Source of the DNA: Oculina patagonica | Taxonomy: Eukaryota | Length of the DNA stretch: 64,000 nt | Assembly: GCF_052425735.1 (NCBI RefSeq) | Contig: NC_135764.1 | Span: 6,820,001 to 6,884,000 of the forward strand | Reading direction: 5' to 3' | Shown here: piece by piece, positions 24,932 through 56,739 of the stretch | Position numbering within the stretch: position 1 is the stretch's first letter | Layout of the letters: each line of letters starts with the position of its first letter | Program-made: the position numbers and the translations under genes | The notes under the pieces: generated by a model | The model's database searches: none | What the model saw: the letters and a program-made list of their open reading frames with translations, nothing else | Told to the model about the DNA's origin: nothing

Positions 24932-25324
24932 CTAACTAGCCTTTGAAATAAACTCAAAGCTATACAGAGGCTTGAAAATGTCCTGCCACAACTCTAGGGC
25001 AGTCTCTTCGTCCAGTGCTTGCAAGTCAACCTTGAACTCGAAATATTTAAATCCTGGCGGCGACTCCATCTGTAATTCTGTAAGACTTTTTCGCTGCCTC
25101 CTCACTAACCCATCCATGCTTCTTTGGATGTAGCGTTCAATTGCTCCTTCGCTTACACAGAATTTTTCTTGACGTTCGAGATGTTGGAAGTTCATCTTGT
25201 TCATCTGTGGCACAGCTCTCCTTTTCTCTGCGAGTTTTGTTTGATTACTTTGCAAATCACCAAATATTTTTTCATTTTCTTTTCTGTTCACTGGTATTAC
25301 CATTTTCGTTTTAAATGCTCCCAT
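24932..25324 (-). CDS. Uncharacterised 130-aa intronless protein, paralog A (MGAFKTK... PPGF...LWQDIFKPLYSF)
   Basis: Complete ORF with TATAAAG on the minus strand at 25437-25443. Shares 25 of 46 residues, ungapped, with the C-terminus of the ORF at 27327-27689, which supports real coding status. Confidence 0.75.
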   Translation of the reverse strand: MGAFKTKMVIPVNRKENEKIFGDLQSNQTKLAEKRRAVPQMNKMNFQHLERQEKFCVSEGAIERYIQRSMDGLVRRQRKSLTELQMESPPGFKYFEFKVDLQALDEETALELWQDIFKPLYSFEFISKAS

Positions 25325-25589
25325 TTTAAATCAAGAAGCAACAAATCAGTTTTGAAGAAGTCACAGTAAAATTTTTCACTGAATTGACCACAAAATTGCG
25401 AAGACCAGACTGATTGATGTACAAGCTCGCCGTATGCTTTATAATGTCACAGAACTCCTTTTTACGCAAGTCACAAAGCAATCAATCAAACAAACTTATT
25501 TCAACGAGAGTAACGCGTAATAATTAAAAAGCTAATACATTTGTCGCCCTCTAACAAATTTGTGGATCTCCGCTAACACGTTATAAAAG

Positions 25590-27050
25590 TAATAGCGTTT
25601 TATTGACGCAAAAAAGGTAAAACGACATAAAAACAACAGTTCTTATGCCGCAAAAGGTGCATTACGTCATAAAATCAACAGAGTTTTACAGAAGCAAAAG
25701 GAGTATTATATCATAAAAACAACAGAGTTTAGTTTTACTGACGCAAAAGGAGTATTACGTCATGAAAACAACAGAGTCTCACAGACACAAAGAGAATATT
25801 ACGTCATTAGAACAACAGAGTTTGACATACGCAAAGAGAGTATTAGGTGGTGAAAATAGCAGTTCTACTGACGCAAAAGTAGTATTAAAATCATAAAAAA
25901 ATAAATATTCGTGCAAGATTTAGTCAATTCTAAAAGCCAAACTACACAGTCATTTATTCCCCCCCCCCCCTTATTTATACTTGAATTTACTCGATGATGC
26001 CATTGTCAGGGCTCATGATTTTTTATTCATGTGGTTTTGTGTGACTGTGTATAAACAACAGCAAACGTAATCTATGCGTACGGACGGACGGATGATCACG
26101 TGACAACCGATATTTTTCAGCTGGATGGGTTTACCAAATTTTCTTAGATATGGGGCTCCGCTCGGTGCGCTCGGGATCTCTGCTCATACGTCATAAAAAT
26201 AATACGCAAAAAGAGTATTACGTCATAGAAATAACAGTTCTACTGCCGCGCAAAAGGAGCATTACGTCATAAAAATAACAGAGTTCTACTGGCGCAAAGA
26301 GAGTATTTCGTCGTAAAAATAATAATGTAGTATGCAGTACCTAGTGTAATTTAGTAATAAAGTTAAGTACCTGATGTGAGTATGCAAGGGTAGTGAGTTT
26401 GTAAGCTTTCTTTTTAAGTTTATGTAACGGTGTTTAAATAAGATTTCTTTTGAGAAAATATAAACATAATAGAGTTCTTCTGACACGAAAAGAGTATTAT
26501 TGTCATAAAAAATAAACTACTGACGTGAAAGGAGAATTACAGCTCACTGATAAAGCTCTTCTTACGTCAAATTCAGTTCTGCACACGCACTGCATTTCAG
26601 TCCATCATCAGTCATTACCATGGTAACGAAACAAACATTGTAATGTTTTTTTAAGCGATAATCGTTTGTGAGTTTTGAATAAACACACTGCATTTCAAGG
26701 AGCATGTGCGACAAAAAAGAGCCAATAGAAATAGCTAAGTTAGCACACGTGACTGCGACAAGTTGCGCAAGTTGTGGCAAGTTGCGCAATCGTACTCGGA
26801 CCTGCGTATTACGCTCGTTTTCACCTGTCAACTGAATTGCTAAATTTGCCTTTTGAGCGAAAAACATACATACACCATGCACAGAGTATTACGTCATAAA
26901 AATAATAGAGTTCTTCTGACGCAAAGTGTATTACGTCACAAAAATAACAGTTTCGCTAACGCAAAAGAGGGTTACTGTTACAAAAATACTACGGACGCAA
27001 AACTGGCATCAAAATTAAGCTCTACTGACCTCAAAATGTGTTTTACATAA
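25590..27050. repeat. Degenerate ~43-bp minisatellite in four blocks, each unit with TGACGCAA-N8-TTACGTCA
   Basis: Consensus approximately AGAGTATTACGTCATAAAAACAACAGAGTTCTACTGACGCAAA. Blocks at ~25590-25900, 26187-26325, 26465-26540 and 26883-27050; roughly 17 units by eye. Confidence 0.85.
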
Positions 27051-27066
27051 GTGCTGTACTTTAGAT

Positions 27067-27280
27067 AGCCAATAGAAAAAGCTAAATAAGTTCACGTGAC
27101 CCAGATCCATTACGCGCACTGCCTGTTTGGCAAGTTACGCAATCGTATTCTGAGCTATAAAGCAAACCTCGCTTGGCAAGTTCAGCAATCGTATTCCGAG
27201 CTATAAAGCAAACCTCGCTTGGCAAGTTCAGCAATCGTATTCTGAGCTATAAAGTGTACTTCACGCTTTCACCTGTCGCC
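27067..27280 (+). promoter_or_regulatory. Core promoter of paralog B: CCAAT, CACGTGAC, GTTACGCAAT, three TATAAAG in a 46-bp tandem repeat
   Basis: TATAAA at 27156, 27202 and 27248 (period 46). The upstream module is a diverged copy of 26720-26830. Confidence 0.7.
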
Positions 27281-27326
27281 TTGTCAAAGACCACCTAAAT
27301 TGCTGGCTGTGATTTCTCGATCCAGA

Positions 27327-27689
27327 ATGGGAGCGCGTTTAACAAAACCAACGGGCAGAAAAGAAAAAAAAGTGAAATCGTTCGGTGATCGGCAGCGAAG
27401 TAGCCAGGAGGGAATGGTCGAGAAACAGGAGAAAGGACGCGTGGGGAAGGTGAACATGCTACAACGTCGAAAGCGATCTTGTTCTGTCATAGAGGAGGAT
27501 AACAGCAACAACGACATGCGATGCAGCGCGGATGGATCAGCCAGAAAGCGCAAGACTCTTCAAGAATTACACATGGACCCGCCTCCTGGATTCAGAAAGT
27601 TCGAGACTGAGGTGGACTGGAGAACAATTGACGAGGGAATTGCTATTCAACTGTGGGAGGATGTTTTTAGGCCACTGTACACGTTTTGA
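27327..27689 (+). CDS. Uncharacterised 120-aa intronless protein, paralog B (MGARLTK... PPPGF...LWEDVFRPLYTF)
   Basis: ATG at 27327 in good context (AGAATGG), TATA boxes upstream, AATAAA at 27705, and homology to the ORF at 24932-25324. Confidence 0.78.
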   Translation: MGARLTKPTGRKEKKVKSFGDRQRSSQEGMVEKQEKGRVGKVNMLQRRKRSCSVIEEDNSNNDMRCSADGSARKRKTLQELHMDPPPGFRKFETEVDWRTIDEGIAIQLWEDVFRPLYTF

Positions 27690-29251
27690 GCCCAGGATAC
27701 AAATAATAAAGACAGTGAATGACTCAGAATATAGCCAGAAAGGTAACTTAGATTGGACTTGAAAAAAGTTTCTTTTTGTAAATAGAAAAGTGTCGTATGT
27801 AAACCAAAAGCTATACTCGATGATAATAATTTTCTTAATTTTAATTTATATTTGTCTATCGTTTTTAAGCGCATTCTAAAGAGTATTTATGCTCAGTGTA
27901 CTTACAAGAAACAGTTAATTAAGAAATAGTTTAAATTGAAACAGTCAGAATATTTCGGGTGCAAATTAATTTTTGTTGTTGTTTACTTCTATTGACAACT
28001 ATAGCGAATGTAAGCGGACCTGTTAAGTGTTTATACCCTTTCTCGTAGCCATTTAGGATTTCGGGGTAACAAAAGTACTTCCACCTGTGTTTTTGGACCA
28101 TTACATTCACGTTTGACAATAAACCTTCTCGTAAAACCAATGTCGCTTCGTTGGGATCTCCTGCCACTCTAAATGTTATTTATTATATATCACACTGTTG
28201 TAATAGATGAATGGCAAATAAAAGAATTGAATTGAATTGAATTAAAATCGATAAAGGTTGATTTATGAGTCGATGTCGATTACTTTCACCTGCTATCGTT
28301 AACGATTTTTGTCTTTTTACAAGTTGCATGACAAAATCATGCATAGACACAATTTTGTCTTCTGGTCTAGGATCCTGAAAAGAGGGGCGGGGGAGGGGGG
28401 TATAAAATACCTATTCCCGACCTATTATTTTCCTGATTTTCCAAATCCCATTCAGTATCTGGAGTTTTGAGAAACCAAGGGTACGAGAAATGGGATTCCG
28501 TCAACTCTCTCTTAGAAAGGTGTCCGTCGTATAGGAAGTTAAGTTACAGTAAAATGACTGAAAAACGGCAGGGACGGGACGAACACCAAGTGCCCGTCTT
28601 TCAGAGGTGTCCGTTCAAGAGACCAAGAGTTGACTGTAAAAGCAAATTGTTTGCAAGGCTAGTACTTCGTAAAGTACCCTTCTTTTGAGCTGTACATATG
28701 AACGTTCTTAAACAAAGTTCAAATATTTTCATTTTTATTTTATTACATCGCTCAGCCCTAAATTTGAGCCTCTCTGTGGATACCCGCAGACTTCGTTTTC
28801 GTCGCGTGCTTTCTTTAGCAAATCTTCGATTTTTTTAAAGCAGAACTTCGTTTTATAGATTGAAACTGCGTGACAGTGTGGTCCGTGTATTTCACAGCGA
28901 GTAAATATGATAAATAGCTGTTTAAATTCATAAAAAGCAGACAGTTACTGAGAAACAGTATATTTTAAAAGAATGGAATTAACTTGCTTGGATTTAATTT
29001 GTTGTCGACGTTCATTCTCGTCCCCAGAGCCCACGATCCTTCTGGTCATCGTGGACTCTGGGGACAAGAATGGGGGCCGACGTTGTTCCGTGCAACTTTA
29101 GTTAATGATTTATCCAATAAGTGTTTTCGCAACATGCTTTCTTTGGTTCGTCACGCGATCTTTCCTCCGCAACATATCTGCAGTTTCTTTAAATGTTATA
29201 AATCGATTCGGAGGGTGTCAGAGACAGTTTTGTTCAGTTCTCTTTTTCAAG

Positions 29252-32200
29252 ATGAGAGTAGCAATTATCGGAGCTGGAGCTAGCGGCCTTACTTGTATAA
29301 AATGCTGCAAAGAAGAAGGATTGGAACCGGTGTGTTTCGAACAAGAAGACACTATCGGCGGATTGTGGTATTTCACTGAAGAAGAGCGCCATAGCTCTGT
29401 CTACAGGTCAACTGTGATCAACACCAGCAAGGAAATGATGTGTTTTTCGGATTTTCCAATCCCCAAGGAATATCCCCCATTCATGCATCACCACTGGATC
29501 ATGAAATATCTTCATCTCTACGCGGAAGCGTTCGATTTGTACAAGTTCATTCGATATCGAACGAAAGTGGTTGACCTCAAAAAGGCGCCCGATTTCGAAG
29601 AGAGCGGAAAATGGGAGATCCTCTTTCAAAAACTAAACAGTGAGAATCCTGAAGACGTGAAGAAAGAAGTGTACGATGCTGTCATGCTGTGTGTTGGCCA
29701 TCACTCGGAGCCTTCATGGCCCAGCTTTCCTGGAATGGACGAGTTTTCAGGGCTCAAGATGCACAGTCACGCCTACAAAGACTTCAAACTGTTTGAGAAC
29801 AAAACCGTGCTGGTGGTGGGTAGGTAATATGTTCTTAAGTTTTACCCCCGACTGTTTAAACTTGTTTCGCAGAGGACCCCACTCTTGATAGAGACCTCAG
29901 TGGATCAACAGATTACTGCAGTATTACGATTTTTTTGCTGGGGTGGGATGTGGACTAAGTGGGAAATTAGTTTTGGATTGTCATACAATCCTCTAAAGTG
30001 GGGTTAGGGGGAGGGGGTACTTAAAAATATTTCACACAGGGAGGCAGTTCGCCCCGAGGACCAAAGCCTTACCCTTTTATGCAGCATTTTTGGCAGTGCA
30101 AGGTAACCCTTCTGTGTGCCTTTGATAGAAAATGGTACCCCTTTTAGGTTCCTGCAGAAGGATAGGCCCGAATTCCAGCCCGCGCTCCTTCCCCTCGAAA
30201 ACTCTCAGGGAAGAACAAAGACCGCACTCGAGAAGATGGTGGTAATGGAGCCTAGCAGAAGGAATATACTGTTTCTCTTGTCTACATTTTTCATTTGAAT
30301 AACCCAGTAAAGTACTTAAATGAATCAACCAGTGGATCTGATCTGTTCGAAATAAGTTGAAAGTTCTTTTTAATGTTGATTAAATAATAACTTTTCTTAC
30401 GCTATTCTATTCTCCAACTCCTGAAATCCTTCCAGCCTGAAAAAGGTTAGACTGTCCACAGCCTCTCGATTTTTCAACGCAAAAAGCAAACGAAGCGAGG
30501 CTTCTTCCGTTTTGCGCCGGCGTCCAGTTCTCTTGCCGTTCTCACCACGCGCTCATCGATCGAAAAAACACGAAAAAATAGAGGGCTGTGGACAGTCTAG
30601 AAAAAGGTATCCCTTTCGGGTGGAACCACCCCGTAGAGAGTACCCCCACCCCAGGGCTAATGCCATTAAAGCATTGCCTGATGATCCAAGTAGTGGCTGT
30701 AATGAAATTCTGTCTCAAGTTGATTGTGAATGTTAACAGTCACTCTATTTATCTGACCATAGTCCACTTCTGTTTATCAGTATTAAATGTACAGGATAAA
30801 ATAGAAGACTGTAGAGAAAGGTCAAACTGATTAATGTTTTTTTTTTCTTTGTCCGACGCTCGTGTCATACAGTTGTCTTGTAGAATAATTTCTTTACTGA
30901 TTAATGTTTCTTATTTTATACATGAGTAAGTTTCAAGTAATATATCAAGCACGAGAGACAGTACTAGTGTTTCATCGGGATATCCAAACACCGAGATGAG
31001 AGTTGAAAACATGACGCGCGGCCGAGTATTTTTGACGAAATTCTAGGTCAATCGAAACAAAAACAACGGAGTAAACGGAGAAAAAAAAACCGTAAAAATC
31101 TATGCTAATTAAGACCGGGTATCCAAACCTCCTTCACGGTTATGATTTTCTTTGTTTTAACATGACGAGTTATTAATGAGTTTGAGAAGAGAACTTTGAC
31201 ATATTTTGCTGAATTTATTTTAATATGTACAGGTATAGGGAACTCTGGAGGTGACATTGCTGTGGAAGTCAGTCGCCACACACCTCAGGTGTTCCTCAGC
31301 ACTCGCCGGGGTGCATGGATTGCATCTCGACTGGGGAAAGGTGGGCAACCCATTGACCAGCAGGGTAACAGGAGATTCACATTCCTGATACCCAAACAAA
31401 TCCGCAGCCGGCTTGTGATGAAAGCTTTAAACCGGAGATTTGATCACGAAGCATTTGGTTTACGTCCTCAACATGCATTCCTTAGTCAACATCCAATGGT
31501 TAATGACGAGCTTCCTCACCGCATCATTGTTGGAAGTGTCATTGTTAAACCGAACGTCGCCCACTTTACCAAAACTGGCGTTGTCTTCGAAGATGGTTCC
31601 AAAGTGGACAATTTAGATGCAGTAATCTTCTGTACGGGGTACAAGATAGGATTCAAGTTTATTGATCAGTCCATTATCCCTGTAACAGATAACATGGTTG
31701 AATTGTACAAATATGTGTTTCCCCCGACCCTTACCAAACCAACTCTTGCAGTTCTTGGCTGCATACAGCCTCGTGGCGCTATTTTTCCCTTGTCCGAGCT
31801 GCAGGCACGCTGGGCAACACAAGTGTTTTGTGGAAAAAAATCACTTCCTCCAGAAAGCGCCATGATGGAAGACATCAAGAGGAAAAGACTAGAAATGCAA
31901 CAGAGATATTATGCTTCAAACCGACACACCATACAGGTAACACAACGTGTCAGCTGAGTCGTTTTAGCAGGGGCACCCAACGTGAAAATTTTACAATAGG
32001 TATCGGAACACCGTTTCAGTATACGTTATAATTGACCTTTTTGTGCGATTTAAAAGCCTTATTTTTAAATGCTAAGAAAAGTGTAAACTGTGTATCTTTT
32101 CGTATACGCTCAGCTAAACTTTCAATCTTCAGAAAATTTTAGGAAGAGAAATATTATTACGCGAATTTACAAGCCGCTGTTGCCTTCTCGAAAATTGAAG

Positions 32201-33839
32201 CTGGCCTTTTTTCGTACCTAAAACGACATTTTTCTCTCTCCGAAAACTACAGGCATTACTTTCCCTTGTCACGAAAGTTTCAGTGAGCTTAAGAAATCCC
32301 TGAGAAATCTCCAGATTTTCATCACACTTAAATGCAAAAATCGTAGGCTATTATAGGTCTTCCGAACAGATATTCATCGAAACGGTCTGTTGGGTGCCCT
32401 TGTTTTAGGGAGGCAGCTGCCTCGTACCCAGGCGCCGCGAGAGCTTTTGGCGAAGCATGCAAAGGGTCAAGGGAAGGCGTGAAAAAGCACGCAAAGGGTC
32501 AAGGGAAGGCGTAATCGGAGGCGGGGAGCTCCGCTTCTTTCGCCCTTCCCATGGTTCCTTGCGATTCCGTATAAAGCGGTAGCGCCTGGGTACTAGGCAT
32601 AAATAGATTGTGCTCGGCAACTTTTGAGCAACTTTTAGCTTTTTGAGCAACTTTTTGTAGTACCAGCAACCTAGGGCAACTTTTACCTTCCTTGGCAACT
32701 TTTGAGCAACAAATTGATATAAAACCGATCCAAACCGTAAAAGGTAGTTTCATTTCGAAGGATTTTATTAAAACTGGTTTTATTCGCTGCAACATGGAGC
32801 CTGCCGACGGCCATCTTGGTATTTGCTGAAGTCCGAGTCACTTATGGCATCGCAATCAGATGAAATTTTAGAGGACGAAAATGGAAATAATTCAGACATT
32901 GACCCCATTGAGGTTGCCATAGACGCTGGGGCAAGTCTAATACCTGCAAGCGCTTCAATTTCAAGAAAACGCAAAATTCACGTCAAAACGACTCTAGAGA
33001 GCAAGCAACTTTTCTAAATTTTGGTGGCAACTTTTTGGTATTTGAGCAACTTTAGAGCAACTTTTTGGTATATTGTGAAGCAACTTTTGCTGAATTTACT
33101 AGCACAATCTATTCATGCCTACTGGGTACGAGCAGGGCGCCCTGGTACGAGGCAGGGGAGGCAGCGTGATCGAGTGGATGGGGCGCTGGAATCCGGAAGT
33201 GACGGGTTCAAATCCGGGTCTGACCGCTTGCTGAATTGTCCTCGGCAGTCCCGATTTCAACTCTTCGGCTACGCTTGTGAATAGCCAAATGGCCTGCCTC
33301 CAGCCAGTTGGGATATTTTACCATTTTATCGAATTTTATGTTTCTTTAAAATATTTGTTTCGGTGTTTGTTCTGTTTACATTGGCCCTGCAAACCCCCAA
33401 TCGGGGAGGGGTCAATTCAAATATACTATTATCATAATCTGCCAAAAGAAAAGCGAAGCAAGGATCTCCAATTCCTATCTTGAAAACCTATTTTTCTCCC
33501 TGCATCGACTTGCAGGTTGACTATGTTCCCTACGCTGACGAATTAGCCCATGAAGTTGGTTGCAAGCCAAACCTGTACAAGCTCCTTTTCAGTGACCCCG
33601 CCTTGGCTCTAAAGTGTTTTTTTGGACCCTGTACACCAGTACAGTATCGTCTCATGGGACCTGGTGCGTGGAAAGGAGCCAAGAAGGCCATTGAGGATGC
33701 TCCTGGGAATGTGATTTACGCCACAAAGACACGCGTTTGTCAGCAGACGGAGGACAAAGGGAGCACAGTCGCTATTTATCTTAAGTTTCTGGTTTTGTTA
33801 GCTGTGGCAGTTGCTGTCTTTTTGAAATTTATTGCATGA
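29252..33839 (+). CDS. Flavin-containing monooxygenase (FMO5-like dimethylaniline monooxygenase), 531 aa, 3 coding exons
   Basis: Exons 29252-29819, 31233-31936, 33516-33839. FAD motif VAIIGAGASG, GGLW, FMO fingerprint FSGLKMHSHAYK, NADPH motif VVGIGNSG, FCTGY, and a C-terminal hydrophobic anchor. Confidence 0.95.
31968..32403. mobile_element. MITE (AGGGGCACCCAAC / GTTGGGTGCCCT)
   Basis: Inverted termini in FMO intron 2. Confidence 0.7.
32417..33156. mobile_element. Nested MITEs: CTCGTACCCAGGCGC type plus an element with TIR AGGCATAAATAGATTGTGCT (~32595-33120)
   Basis: Inverted ends and GCAACTTTT subterminal repeats. Confidence 0.65.
33156..33435 (+). mobile_element. tRNA-derived SINE; related minus-strand copy at ~39225-39372
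   Basis: A-box/B-box-like head (GGTTCAAATCC), followed by a body shared with the second copy. Confidence 0.65.
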
Positions 33840-33932
33840 ATTTGTATCGATTCAGTAATTTAAAAGTTAATTAGGTTAAATTCAGTGATTTAAAATTACA
33901 GTGCTGCGCGCCGTATCAAATTGTTCTGCTCA

Positions 33933-34297
33933 TTAAAGGGACTATGTCACGGATTTTACCAGATTTTTCAACAGCCAAAATTTATATTTGTGTCGCAGGA
34001 AACCTAGAATTAATAATCTATTTCTATTAAAAAATGCTATATTAGAGCACTGAAACTGTTAACAAGCATCTTTGGCTGCAAATGACTCGGATGGAAAAGG
34101 ATTGCAACTCGGAAAAATAAGAGTTACTTTTTCAAATTGTTTCCGCGCGTCTTCAAAAAAAAAATAGATATTGATAGACGTAGCTTGATTTCTATCCGCA
34201 AATTAAGGTTTAAATTTCCTTTAGATGTTGTAGAACAGTTTCAGTTAGACCAAAAATCTGCGAAATCCCTGTGACATACCGATGATAGCTCCTGTAA
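33933..34297. mobile_element. TTAA-flanked MITE, third copy (inverted), just downstream of the FMO stop
   Basis: Reverse-complement similarity to 24504-24879. Confidence 0.75.
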
Positions 34298-35638
34298 AGT
34301 TTTTGTTTTGTTCTTGTTCCAGTTTGTAAACTGTATAGTTAAGTTTTTAGAACGTTTGCTTGAACAAGCGAATGCATATAGAAATGTTACAGTTTGCAAC
34401 ATGTATGTACTGCTCACTTTTTAGGAGCAGTAAACTATCGATTGTAATGAACTAACAAGTCAATTTTTCTAATGTCATTTTTTATTCCATGTTGTAAGTT
34501 TTGCTTTAGTAAGCAACAGACTTAAACAAAAACGTGCATTCACATTTCATCGTCGTTTACGCTTTATTTTCTCAATATTACTGGTGTCAGGTTACCTCGA
34601 CTCTCTATAAGGCGGACATGTCTCTAAGACGGACAGTCTCGAAGGTGTCCGTTTCAGAGAGAGTTGACTGTATACTTGTTTATTAATCTAATTCATCTTT
34701 TCCTTTTAATTGACTTGCTTAGAGACACTAGGAAAATTGACTATTTTGTAGTCTACCATCCAGATTTGTTTTGTTTTGTTTGTATTTTTGCCTCGCCGAA
34801 AATCGGCAGGACTTGTAAAAGTATGTTCCACACACTGAGAAGTGAAGATGCGACTTTCCTTTCTTAAAGGTTGGGCTGGAGAAGGAGCTCGAGGGGGATT
34901 TTTTTTCATCCGGCACTGGAAAGCGACACCAAACAAAATACAGTTTTCAGGTTTTTTCACTCCAGAGAATGGAATGTTATAACGTAAGGAAGAAATATAT
35001 GTTCACATGGGATAAGGTGAATACACCTTTACTCTTTACAATCCTCTCTTGTTCAAATGTTCCGATTTTAACCACTTTGATCTCTTTTCCGGGAATAACC
35101 ATACAGATATGAAGAGTAAGAGGATGTATCTGAAGCCAGTGTTGAACACCTTTAATAAAATTCTTCAAATACAGGCGATATGTACAAACGCTCATGGTTA
35201 AGTATCTATGTAGAGCTTTAAGATCAGAAAAAAAACTCATTCTAGTTTTTAGACGTTTCAGTGACTGTTCGACATAACCAGTTTTTAGTGACTGTGTTCA
35301 CCTTACACCTCTTCGACAATATTTCAAACATGTTTCTGTGTTTGCCTGCAACAGCCTCGAATCGTTCACTTTTAAGTTGTTAAAACAGCAACTTTGCTGT
35401 TCTTTCTCTGCGTTGTCACGCAGTGTGCAGGGAGGAAGGATTGCGTGACGAGTAAGCGATGAAGACGCTGAAAAGAACAGCCTACGAGGCCAAAAAATAT
35501 TGAAGTTTTCCTTTCTTTTTTACAAAGACATAAGTTAAACTGGATAATTCTATATTCCTCCTGACTTTTGGAACTTCAGGAAATTGTCAAATAAGTCTTT
35601 TTATTGATTCTTCTCCGCTGGCCTCCTCGTCCTCGTTT

Positions 35639-55080
<19,442 letters not shown>

Positions 55081-56739
55081 TTTCTCGTTGAACGCAAGCA
55101 ATTAAGGAAACGAAACACACATGCGGCCTCTGCCAAAGCCAACGGAAACGACAATAAATCAACTCGGAGTGTCTCAGTTACATCTGTGAAAATTCCGAAA
55201 CGTTGGCGCCGTGATAACTAGGTTCATTATGTCAGTTTCATTCATTCACTGCCATTCCAAAATGTTTACACGCAGTGCCTACGGTTCATCCGATCGGAGA
55301 ACTTCATCGTGAGCCCGTGAGATAAACTGGGGAAGCGATCTGTACGAGATAAGAGAGTAAAAGCTACAATTAATCATCAATTAGTAGGATTTGTTAGTGA
55401 CAGGGAATCGGCAGGCTGCAATTAATCGACTTTGTCCTCAGGTAAAATTCCGCGCATTCGTGTGGCGCGCTGTTTCGTTAGAGATAAACGGCGCAGTTTT
55501 CACCTTTTTACCCCCAATTAACTCGAGTTTCACGCCGCTGGTGAAAATCCTGCTTCTCGATATCGCAGCCTTCATTTTGGGCCATTACACGAGTTGTGAT
55601 ACTCTAAATGAAACTCGCAATTAGCGCGTTCCGAAGCCATGCGTGGCAAAACGTCTCTGGTTCAATACTTAACTACACGATGTGGCCAGTGTGGCACGAT
55701 GTTTCCAATTGTATGTCAAAGTTAGCGTGTAGTTTTATCACCAAAGAATGTCTCGACCCGTGGAAAACCATTAAACAACCGCTTAACTCTAAGACATTCA
55801 AAGTAAACAAAGCCATTCACAGATGTCGAGAAACTTCCATTACTTGAGTGGAGAGCACACGCGCCTTTTGTTTACAAAAAAAGTTAAGTTGATGATCGCG
55901 CATTTGTGAGCGACGATCGACCGACGCTTATCAGCTTTTGGGTCACGAAAGTTATGCTTGGCACAGCGCGTTCAGGATAGAGTGGTATCCCCTCCCTACC
56001 CCGCTAAGTCCTTTTAGTGCCCACGAAGAGGAACTGAAACTAATAAAATGTCGTTTCTTCTTTACTTTCATAATAAATCCTTTCCGGTACGTATAAACTG
56101 CGGAAGATGATGTTTGCGGTCGATGAACGACGGCCGGGAACGACGGACGCCCCAGCTTAGAAGATTGTGGCGCAAAAGCGAAAGACAGAAACTCGAGTAT
56201 CATCGAAACCCTTCTTCTAAGAATACTGCTGTCAAAGCCACAAACCAGAAAATGAATTACTTGTTTATAACTCTGGAATTAATTTTCAAGTTCACAATTC
56301 ATCTTTGGAACTGCGCCACGAACGCAATTACGCGCGAGTGCGGAAGACGCGCGCGTGAGATTTCAGCACCTGAGAGAAACGCGCGCGGAATAGAGTTACA
56401 GACATTATCAAAACTGTGCTCAAGTGAGTTACAGAAATGGGAAAAAATTCTAGCTATGATATCTGTTCAATTAAAAATTCAATTAAATCACTTTTAAGAG
56501 ACTATATACTGATAATGAGCAATAAGAATTCGAGATATTGCCTTGTGCAGTTTTTGTGTGCCAATATTTCTACCAAAAACATGATCTCAGCAACCTTAAC
56601 CGCCAATATAAATGAAGTATCGACTTGGGGTCGCCTTCTTTAACTTTTTAATATGCAGCAACAGGGCTAACATCAAACTTCCCTTAGCAATATCACTGCC
56701 TTGTGAAGCAAAAACAGATCAGTGAGGGGAAAAAAATGA

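Noticed and set aside
25590-27260. CRISPR array
   Set aside because: Eukaryotic context, degenerate units with related rather than unique spacers, and no cas genes.
29105-29251. N-terminal extension of FMO from the upstream ATG
   Set aside because: FMO homology starts at MRVAIIGAG (29252); the upstream stretch looks like UTR or intron.
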